Assembly: GCA_965230905.1 (NCBI GenBank)
Contig: OZ246396.1
Span: forward strand, 150,001-182,000
Reading direction: 5' to 3'
DNA length: 32,000 nucleotides
DNA from: Candidatus Saccharimonadota bacterium
GTDB taxonomy: Bacteria; Patescibacteriota; Gracilibacteria; UBA1369; 2-02-FULL-48-14
Shown here: in pieces, positions 8,858-15,699 of the stretch
Layout of the letters: each line of letters starts with the position of its first letter
Numbering within the stretch: position 1 is the first letter of the stretch
Position numbers and translations under genes: made by a program
Notes under the pieces: model-generated
Databases searched by the model: none
Told to the model about the DNA's origin: nothing
Seen by the model: the letters and a program-made list of their open reading frames with translations, nothing else

Positions 8858-9280
8858 TTATAAACTTTGAATGAGTTCTCCTGGTGAGAGGATTTTGAAT
8901 CGAATAGGTGCGTTTTTCATTCTCGATGACTTAAAATCTTTTTTATCTAAGGTTATTAAAGCCTCTACTTTTAAAAATTGTGCTGAATTCAGGATAGGGG
9001 CATCTTTTAAGATTATCCATTCTGTCCATTTTTCAATTTCTTCGTCTGAGTGTTTTATTTGGTCTATTTTTTTGAGCTCACTGACCAATGTATATAAACG
9101 AGGCAGACTGGCTCGACCAACTTTCCGAAGAATATTTCTTTTCGCTTCATTTAAAGCGTACAAACTGGTGGATAGTTCCACCTTGCCAAGCTTGGCCAAT
9201 TCAAAAAGCATAGAAGATCCCCCGTTCGGCGAGAGTGTTGCTGTAAAAAATATATTGGCGTCCAAAAAAAGTGACTTCAT
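8858..9280 (-). CDS. PIN-domain toxin (VapC-like)
   Basis: 140 aa. N-terminal LFLDANIFF with the acidic Asp. Later acidic positions in LKDAPILNSA and LITLDKKDF fit the PIN acidic triad or quartet. It begins 2 nt after the AbrB-type gene. Confidence 0.7.
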   Translation of the reverse strand: MKSLFLDANIFFTATLSPNGGSSMLFELAKLGKVELSTSLYALNEAKRNILRKVGRASLPRLYTLVSELKKIDQIKHSDEEIEKWTEWIILKDAPILNSAQFLKVEALITLDKKDFKSSRMKNAPIRFKILSPGELIQSL

Positions 9281-9282
9281 GC

Positions 9283-9540
9283 TTATTTCTTAAGAAGCTG
9301 TTCCAGTTTTTTGATCAACTTAGCATCTAAGCGATCCTCTGCAATCCACCCTTCAACTTCCTTGTCTGTGTAGAAAGCCGCATCTGAGTTTGGATACTCA
9401 AGCTTCACAAAGAGCACACCTTTGCTAGTGAGCTCAGCCTGTAAAAGAGAATCTTCGGAGATACCTAATTTTTCTCGAAACTCCACTGGGATAGTAACCA
9501 TCCCCTTGGCCTGAGTTCGAACTACTTTAGTTGGTGACAT
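9283..9540 (-). CDS. AbrB/MazE/SpoVT-type antitoxin
   Basis: 85 aa. GMVTIPVEFREKLGI is the swapped-hairpin AbrB-type DNA-binding motif. The gene lies directly upstream of the PIN gene. Confidence 0.7.
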   Translation of the reverse strand: MSPTKVVRTQAKGMVTIPVEFREKLGISEDSLLQAELTSKGVLFVKLEYPNSDAAFYTDKEVEGWIAEDRLDAKLIKKLEQLLKK

Positions 9541-9546
9541 GTAGAT

Positions 9547-9573
9547 AAGTTAGAAAGTAGGAAATTCTAACTT
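9547..9573. promoter_or_regulatory. 9-bp perfect inverted repeat, probable operator of the AbrB-PIN operon
   Basis: aagttagaa (9547-9555) and ttctaactt (9565-9573) are separated by 9 nt. The repeat lies between the -10 box and the antitoxin ATG at 9540. Confidence 0.55.
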
Positions 9574-9574
9574 T

Positions 9575-9603
9575 ATTATAAGTCCATATTCCAGTCTTGG
9601 CAA
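9575..9603 (-). promoter_or_regulatory. sigma70-type promoter of the AbrB-PIN(-cca) operon
   Basis: On the minus strand it reads TTGCCA (9603-9598), 17-nt spacer, TATAAT (9580-9575). Confidence 0.6.
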
Positions 9604-9624
9604 GCTAGTGACACACATAATTGC

Positions 9625-9783
9625 TTAAAGTCTCTTTAGAGACTCAAAAAGCTCTTTCTTGTTTTTATAGGCTTTTACTCCAATGCCTTTTTCGGCTTCA
9701 GCTAACGCCTTGCGAAGTTTTTCGTTAGGCACCTCGCTTGGTAAGATTTGGGTCGATTCGTGTTGCAGGCGTATAAAAGACAT
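9625..9783 (-). CDS. 52-aa ORF resembling the C-terminal toxin-binding segment of DinJ/RelB-type antitoxins
   Basis: This ORF is not in the track because it is under 60 aa. My hand translation is MSFIRLQHESTQILPSEVPNEKLRKALAEAEKGIGVKAYKNKKELFESLKRL. From memory, the PN..L..A..EAE.G.GV....N..ELF..L pattern resembles the DinJ C-terminus (PNQLTIQSIKNSEAGIDVHKAKDADDLFDKLGI). A TATAAT box lies at 9820-9815, 31 nt upstream. Confidence 0.4.
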   Translation of the reverse strand: MSFIRLQHESTQILPSEVPNEKLRKALAEAEKGIGVKAYKNKKELFESLKRL

Positions 9784-10230
9784 AGATTAGAAGTTGGTGG
9801 CAATGAACGACAGGATTATAAATGGTTGTTTTCTAAAAGTCCTGAACCCGAAGGGTCACGTAGTACAAAAACCTGAAATTTTCGGAGAAAATTATTCTGG
9901 CAGATTGACGGTCTGGAGCGAAATGGGAATATTTAAAACGAGCTCACCAAGTAATTCCACGCGCCGCAGCCGTGTTGCGCTCAGGAGATTTTTAGAGCTG
10001 GTCCCAATCTGGATCATCGCAGAGAATATGCAGCACAGTCCCTACAAGCCTTCCACGGAATGAACTTGTAACTTCCCCTTCTTCCTTCCATGCATTTTTG
10101 ACAGTTTTTTGGACTCGACCTGCTTCGAGGCTGACTTCACGGACGACTTGACGAGCTGATTCTGCTAAACGTTCACACATAGAAGATATTTTGATAAAAC
10201 AAGAATATAGTCTACCATGGCTTCCACTTG

Positions 10231-11220
10231 ATGCAAGCAATGCTCATCCTATCTATAGAAACGTCCTGTGACGAAACCTCGGTGGCCGTGGTGCAAAACG
10301 GCTGTGAAGTGCTGTCCAATATTATTGCGTCGCAAATTGCGCAGCATACGGAAACGGGCGGCGTGGTGCCGGAAGTGGCGGCGCGCGAGCACATTCGCGT
10401 GATGACTCACGTTTTGAAACAAGCGATGACCGAAGCCAAAGTGACTTGGAACGAGATTGATTCGATTGCGGTGACCAAGGAGCCCGGGCTTTATGGATCT
10501 TTGATTGTGGGACGCAGCACCGCCGCTGCGCTGGCTTTTGCTAAAGATAAACCGCTGATTGAAGTGAATCATATTCACGGGCACATGTATTCGACTTGGC
10601 TACTCGGCGGAGCCGAGGATGCTCCTGTTTCTTTGCCGGAGTACCCCATTCTCACTCTCACGGTTTCCGGTGGACACAACGAGCTCGTGCTCGTAGAAGG
10701 TCCGGGACAGTTCACCATTTTGGCGGAAAGCATTGATGACGCCGCGGGTGAAGCCTTTGATAAAGTGGCGCGTCTTCTGGGTCTCGGTTACCCCGGCGGA
10801 CCCGTGATTGAAAAACGTGCACTGCTCGGCAAACCCACGTTCCGCTTTCCCATTGGACTGCCCAAAGAAAACAATTTCAGTTTTTCCGGGCTCAAAACCG
10901 CCCTGCTCTACCACGTTCAGGAAAATGCGGATCGCCTGAAAGAGGAAACCTTTGTGAATGACACCGCGCACAGTTTCCAAAAAGCCGCCGTTGAGGCGCT
11001 GGTGCTCAAGCTGATGCGCGCCCTGCAAGACCATCCCGTAAAAGAGGTTCACCTCACGGGAGGCGTTTCCGCCAACAAAGCCCTGCGCGCCCGCATTGAA
11101 GAAGAACTGGGACGTCTTAGCTCTCCGCCGATTTTCCGCTTCCCCAAGCGCATGAGCTATTGCACCGACAACGCTGCCATGATTGCGGCGGCGGCGTATT
11201 TTATGCAGGCAAAAGCTTGA
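10231..11220 (+). CDS. tsaD: tRNA N6-adenosine threonylcarbamoyltransferase TsaD
   Basis: LSIETSCDETSVAVV, metal-binding NHIHGHMY, and a C-terminal ASKHA fold pattern. The start is ambiguous among TTG 10228, ATG 10231 and ATG 10240. Confidence 0.9.
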   Translation: MQAMLILSIETSCDETSVAVVQNGCEVLSNIIASQIAQHTETGGVVPEVAAREHIRVMTHVLKQAMTEAKVTWNEIDSIAVTKEPGLYGSLIVGRSTAAALAFAKDKPLIEVNHIHGHMYSTWLLGGAEDAPVSLPEYPILTLTVSGGHNELVLVEGPGQFTILAESIDDAAGEAFDKVARLLGLGYPGGPVIEKRALLGKPTFRFPIGLPKENNFSFSGLKTALLYHVQENADRLKEETFVNDTAHSFQKAAVEALVLKLMRALQDHPVKEVHLTGGVSANKALRARIEEELGRLSSPPIFRFPKRMSYCTDNAAMIAAAAYFMQAKA

Positions 11221-11269
11221 CTAATTTTTCATAAGTAGGAGAATTAAAGGTCTCATAACCCCCAACACT

Positions 11270-11533
11270 ATGAGACTCTCTTCAAACGATGATTTTGGGT
11301 TAGATATTAAAGGGAACGGAGTTTTTACCGAAGATCCTAACGTACTCGAAATACCGGAGCAGCGGCCTCTTGTTAGAGATATGCCAGAATTAGCCGTGGT
11401 TCAAAACACGCCTGAAGTTCCGACTGCATTGGACATTATTAGAGAGAGGGTTCTTATCATTGGCAAGGTTCCTGTCGCTCCAGCACGGTCTGGCTTTGGA
11501 CGTAAAGACAAGGGTCTTGAGGAAAACAATTGA
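11270..11533 (+). CDS. hypothetical 87-aa protein
   Basis: ATG-started ORF in the tsaD-hisS gap. It is preceded by TTGACT (11217-11222), 16-nt spacer, GAGAAT (11239-11244). No motif recognised. Confidence 0.35.
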   Translation: MRLSSNDDFGLDIKGNGVFTEDPNVLEIPEQRPLVRDMPELAVVQNTPEVPTALDIIRERVLIIGKVPVAPARSGFGRKDKGLEENN

Positions 11534-11551
11534 GTCAGAATTGTAATTTTC

Positions 11552-11579
11552 TTGCCTTAACCTGATATTCTGGTAGAAT
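11552..11579 (+). promoter_or_regulatory. sigma70-type promoter upstream of hisS
   Basis: TTGCCT (11552-11557), 16-nt spacer ending in the extended-10 TG, then TAGAAT (11574-11579). Confidence 0.55.
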
Positions 11580-11648
11580 TTGGGTTAATCTTTGTAATTC
11601 CTTAAACAACCTATGGCTGACGACATTCAAAATGACCAGGGAGGCAAG

Positions 11649-12959
11649 ATGCAAAAGCTGCAAACCCCCCAGGGTATTCATGATATTTTGCCAAAGGATC
11701 ACGAGTACTTTACGTTCATTAAGAAAGTTGTGCGTCACCGTTGCCGTCAGGCTGGTTTCCGCCGTATCACGACGCCTATTTTGGAGTACACCGAAGTGTT
11801 TGACCGCTCTATTGGAGAAGACACCGATATTGTTTCTAAGGAAATGTACACCTTCCAAGATCGCAGTGGACGCAGCCTCACTTTGAAACCGGAGGGAACC
11901 GCGGGCGCTGTGCGTTCTTATATTCAACATGGAATGAAGGAATTGCCACAGCCTGTGGAACTTTACTACATTGAACCTCACTTCCGTTACGACCGCCCTC
12001 AAAAAGGACGCTACCGTATGTTCTGGCAGATTGGAGTGGAGATCATTGGAGAAAGCGATCCTGCGCTCGATGTGCAATGTATTTTCCTTGCGTGGAAGAT
12101 GTTCAAAGACCTCGGGATCGAGAACCGATTCACTTTGCAACTCAACAACATTGGTTCACAAAAGAGCCGCTTGAAATACAGGGAAGCGCTTTTGAATTAT
12201 TACACGGGCAAGGAACGAAATTTGTGTGAGGACTGCCAACGTCGGCTCAAGAGCAATCCGCTGCGACTGCTGGATTGTAAAGTGGAAGACTGTGTGATTT
12301 TGGCGCAACTCGCACCTAAATTTGAGCAATATCGCAGTGAAGAAGATGCCGAATTCCACCGCTTGGTGAAAGAATTTTTGGATGAAATTGGAATCGTTTA
12401 CGTGGAAAACGACAAGCTGGTTCGTGGGCTGGATTACTACACCCAAACCGTGTTTGAATTCTGGGATAAAGAAACGCATGGGCAAAACGCCGTGGGTGGA
12501 GGAGGACGTTACGACGGACTCGTGGAACAGATGGGCGGAGAGCCCACCCCTGCAGTTGGATTTGCACTCGGAATCGACCGTCTTATTATGCATATGAAGG
12601 CGGCGAGCATACGCGTGCCTTCTAAGGATGACGTGCACATTTTTGTGGCGCAACTGGGCGATGAAGCGAAGAAAAAATGTCTACTGCTCATTGATGAACT
12701 CCGCGAAGCCGGGGTTCGCACCGTGGGAGCGCTTGGAAAAGGCAGTATGAAGGCGCAACTCCGTCTTGCCGACAAATTTGCGGTTCCCTACTGTTTGATT
12801 TTGGGTGCAACCGAGGTTCGTGAGGGCGTTATTATTGTGCGCGACATGAGCAAGGGCCAACAACGCGCCGTGCCCATGGATAAGGTGGTTTCCGAAGTCG
12901 TAAAACTCATCGGAAAGGAGAACTTGGACACCTACAGTCCGGGGGAGATTTCGATTTAG
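11649..12959 (+). CDS. hisS: histidine--tRNA ligase
   Basis: Class II aaRS HisRS motifs: QTPQGIHDILP, LKPEGTAGAVRSY, GGGGRYDGL. I prefer ATG 11649 because GGGAGG (11639-11644) lies 4 nt upstream and the N-terminus MQKLQTPQG is HisRS-like. The track start at 11613 is the alternative. Confidence 0.9.
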   Translation: MQKLQTPQGIHDILPKDHEYFTFIKKVVRHRCRQAGFRRITTPILEYTEVFDRSIGEDTDIVSKEMYTFQDRSGRSLTLKPEGTAGAVRSYIQHGMKELPQPVELYYIEPHFRYDRPQKGRYRMFWQIGVEIIGESDPALDVQCIFLAWKMFKDLGIENRFTLQLNNIGSQKSRLKYREALLNYYTGKERNLCEDCQRRLKSNPLRLLDCKVEDCVILAQLAPKFEQYRSEEDAEFHRLVKEFLDEIGIVYVENDKLVRGLDYYTQTVFEFWDKETHGQNAVGGGGRYDGLVEQMGGEPTPAVGFALGIDRLIMHMKAASIRVPSKDDVHIFVAQLGDEAKKKCLLLIDELREAGVRTVGALGKGSMKAQLRLADKFAVPYCLILGATEVREGVIIVRDMSKGQQRAVPMDKVVSEVVKLIGKENLDTYSPGEISI

Positions 12960-13011
12960 TCAAGCAGTCTTTGGAACAAAGTGGGCGTATTTTCAGTTAT
13001 AATACATGCCT

Positions 13012-14319
13012 ATGAAAAAACTTCTCGCCAGCACCATTCTCAGTTTAATGTTCTTTGTGACGTCTGCGAGCGCAGACTTTTCTGACGTGAGTACAGCTCA
13101 TACGCATTATGCGGCCATCACCAGTCTAGTTGAACAGGGGATTTTGCAGGGTTATGAAGATGGAAGTTTTAAACCGGGCAGCAATGTGAACCGGGCGGAG
13201 GCGCTGAAGATTATTTTGATGGGAGCGGGCGTGACGGTGGATGGCGAAAGCAATGCGGGGATTTTGTTCAGTGATGTGGACAGCAGTGATTGGTATTTTG
13301 ATTATGTGAGCACCGCGGTGAGCCTGGGCATTGTGCAGGGTTACAACGACGGGACTTTTAAGCCGGAACAAACGGTGAACCGGGCTGAGGCGATGAAAAT
13401 ATTGCTTGCAGCTGCGGAAGTTTCGGTGAGCGCCCCAGCGACGGCGCCCTTCCCCGATGTGGCGACCAGCGATTGGTTCAGCGGCTACGCGGCTTACGCC
13501 AAGACTTGGAATATTCAACCGCCACAAAGCGACGGACTCTGGCATGCGGAAGACGATATCACTCGCGCGAACTTAGCGGAAATGGTGTACCGCTTGCAGC
13601 AAAAGGACGAACTCGGACACGCCTTTGATGAAGGGACGAACTGGCAGAAAAAAGAATTTCCCACCGTGAATATTTCCATGAAAGTTCCCTTTTCTTGGGG
13701 CTATAAACAGGAAGGAGTGGGCGCGGCGTTTTTGCTCGACCGCGAAAATGACCAGGTGAGTTTGCTCTCGCCATATGAAAATGGAGGCACGATTCTAATG
13801 ACGCGTTACGCGAATTCGGAAGGAACGAGCAGTGGGTCTTTGTTTGCAAATATTGCCGGCAATAGCGTGTGGCAAAGTGGGCAGACCACCCTCAACGGCT
13901 ACCCCAGCCTGGTGGTTTATCACGACGAAGGTATTTATTATCGAGAATGGTATGTGTACATGGAAAATAAGAGCCTAGTGCACCTGGTGGCCCTGCGTGG
14001 TGACGGAGCTTATTCCAATTATTTGGAATGGTTCTTTGAAGCCATGGTGGCCAGCATTGAGTACGACGACACCACCACTTCAGATCTGACGATTGAGGAA
14101 ACGGTGGCTCAGTTGCGCGCAGCGATTCAAGTGGACGGTGTAGGAGCTGACGTTAAGGACTTGCTTGCGGACTGGGAACTCATTGAAACCGACACGATTG
14201 GCGTGGGAACGGGGCCGGTGGATTATTTCTATTCCCCCAGCGCCAATGTCACGATAAAATACGAGCGATCTTTCGATGTAATTCTTGACCTTGAAGAAGG
14301 CGAGACCTCGGCTTTCTAA
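13012..14319 (+). CDS. secreted envelope protein with three N-terminal SLH (S-layer homology) repeats
   Basis: Signal peptide MKKLLASTILSLMFFVTSASA. Three repeats of the type FSDV....Y......L...GI.QGY.DG.FKP...V.RAE. The start may be ATG 13012 or ATG 13006. TATAAT lies at 12998-13003. Confidence 0.8.
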   Translation: MKKLLASTILSLMFFVTSASADFSDVSTAHTHYAAITSLVEQGILQGYEDGSFKPGSNVNRAEALKIILMGAGVTVDGESNAGILFSDVDSSDWYFDYVSTAVSLGIVQGYNDGTFKPEQTVNRAEAMKILLAAAEVSVSAPATAPFPDVATSDWFSGYAAYAKTWNIQPPQSDGLWHAEDDITRANLAEMVYRLQQKDELGHAFDEGTNWQKKEFPTVNISMKVPFSWGYKQEGVGAAFLLDRENDQVSLLSPYENGGTILMTRYANSEGTSSGSLFANIAGNSVWQSGQTTLNGYPSLVVYHDEGIYYREWYVYMENKSLVHLVALRGDGAYSNYLEWFFEAMVASIEYDDTTTSDLTIEETVAQLRAAIQVDGVGADVKDLLADWELIETDTIGVGTGPVDYFYSPSANVTIKYERSFDVILDLEEGETSAF

Positions 14320-14329
14320 CCTACATTCT

Positions 14330-14563
14330 ATGAAAATTCTATTGGCTCTGAGTTTGCTGGCAGCTCTGGTGAGCGGCTGCGAACGTGAAACAAGCATGAC
14401 GGAAGATACCGATTTGATGGATATATATGAGACCGATGTGGACACAGAGGAAACGAGTGAAGTGGAAGAAGTGGAAACGGAAGATGGCTTAGATCCAGAG
14501 GAAGTGCCGGTGACTTCTGTTGGACCCAGTGAAATTCCCGCTGACCTCATTCCTTCCCGATGA
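14330..14563 (+). CDS. small acidic lipoprotein
   Basis: The internal ATG at 14330 gives MKILLALSLLAALVSGC with lipobox LVSGC, followed by a D/E/T-rich tail. The stop overlaps the malic-enzyme ATG (ATGA). Confidence 0.5.
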   Translation: MKILLALSLLAALVSGCERETSMTEDTDLMDIYETDVDTEETSEVEEVETEDGLDPEEVPVTSVGPSEIPADLIPSR

Positions 14564-15699
14564 GCCAATACGACGACGCTGCTCTTGAACTCCACCGCCA
14601 AAACAAGGGTAAGTTAGCCGTGGCCGCGAAAGTAAAAGTGACGAACCGCGAAGAGCTCAGCAAGGCCTACACTCCCGGGGTGGCGGCGGTTTCTTTGGCG
14701 CTCGCAAAAGATCCTTCACTGATGTACGAGCTGACGCCGAAAGGAAACACGGTGGTGGTGGTGAGCGATGGAAGCGCGGTTTTGGGACTCGGAAATGTGG
14801 GTCCGGAAGCGGCCTACCCCGTGATGGAGGGAAAGGCGCTTTTGTTTAAAGAATTCGGCGGACTCGACGCCTACCCACTGGTGCTGAGCACGCAAAACGT
14901 GGATGAAATTGTGGAAATTGTGTGCGCGATTGCGGTGGGATTTGGTGGAATCAATTTGGAAGACATTGCGGCGCCTCGCTGTTTTGAGGTGGAGGCACGC
15001 CTCAAGGAACGGCTGAAAATTCCCGTGTTCCACGACGACCAGCACGGAACCGCGATTGTGGTTTTGGCCGGGCTGATCAATGCGTTGAAAGTGACGGGGC
15101 GCGGTAAGGATTGCAAGGTTGTGGTGAACGGAGCGGGCGCGGCGGGCATTGCCATTGCCGAGCTTTTGATTGCGGCGGGTTTCACGCACTTGGTGGTGCT
15201 GGACACGGTGGGGGCGATTTACGAGGGGCGCGCGGAGAACATGAACTCTGCCAAGGACGCGATTGCTGCGCATACGAATCGCGAAAAAGAGGCCGGCAGT
15301 TTGGCCGACGTACTCGTGGGCGCAGATGTGTTTATTGGGGTTTCCAAGGCGGGGCTCGTGAGTCAGGACATGGTGCGCAGCATGAAAAGTGCGCCGATTG
15401 TGTTTGCCATGGCGAATCCGGATCCGGAAATAACTGAGGCCGATGCCAAGGCGGCGGGCGCCGCGGTGGTGGCCACGGGGCGTAGTGACTCAGCGAATCA
15501 ACTCAACAATGTACTGGTGTTTCCGGGGATTTTCCGCGGCGCGCTGGACGCGCGAATCGGCAGCTTCACGGAAGCCATGTTTTTAAAAGCCGCAGAAGCA
15601 CTCGCTGCGCTCGTGCCGGTGCCGAGCGCTGAAAAAATAATCCCAAGCCCTTTCGAGCCGGGCGTGGCGGCGGTAGTGGCTCAGGCCATTAAGGCTTGA
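14560..15699 (+). CDS. NAD(P)-dependent malic enzyme, short form
   Basis: 379 aa. LSKAYTPGVA, VVSDGSAVLGLGN, FGGINLEDI, HDDQHGTA and the Rossmann motif VVNGAGAAG are typical of the small bacterial malic enzymes. Confidence 0.85.
   Translation: MSQYDDAALELHRQNKGKLAVAAKVKVTNREELSKAYTPGVAAVSLALAKDPSLMYELTPKGNTVVVVSDGSAVLGLGNVGPEAAYPVMEGKALLFKEFGGLDAYPLVLSTQNVDEIVEIVCAIAVGFGGINLEDIAAPRCFEVEARLKERLKIPVFHDDQHGTAIVVLAGLINALKVTGRGKDCKVVVNGAGAAGIAIAELLIAAGFTHLVVLDTVGAIYEGRAENMNSAKDAIAAHTNREKEAGSLADVLVGADVFIGVSKAGLVSQDMVRSMKSAPIVFAMANPDPEITEADAKAAGAAVVATGRSDSANQLNNVLVFPGIFRGALDARIGSFTEAMFLKAAEALAALVPVPSAEKIIPSPFEPGVAAVVAQAIKA

Noticed and set aside
7721-8863. 380-aa plus-strand ORF
   Set aside because: It lies entirely antisense to the confidently identified cca gene. 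Its Gly/Val/Ala/His-rich translation is typical of the antisense frame of a GC-rich gene, and it has no motifs.
10206-10233. TATAGT-N5-ATG opening a 4-codon uORF (MAST) whose TGA overlaps the tsaD ATG (TGATG)
   Set aside because: No acceptable -35 lies at the right spacing, and a 4-codon frame arises easily by chance. I noted it only as a possible extra example of the leaderless pattern.
11535-12653. Minus-strand ORFs 11535-12140, 12156-12653 and others antisense to hisS
   Set aside because: They are shadow ORFs opposite a strong HisRS match, and they have no motifs.
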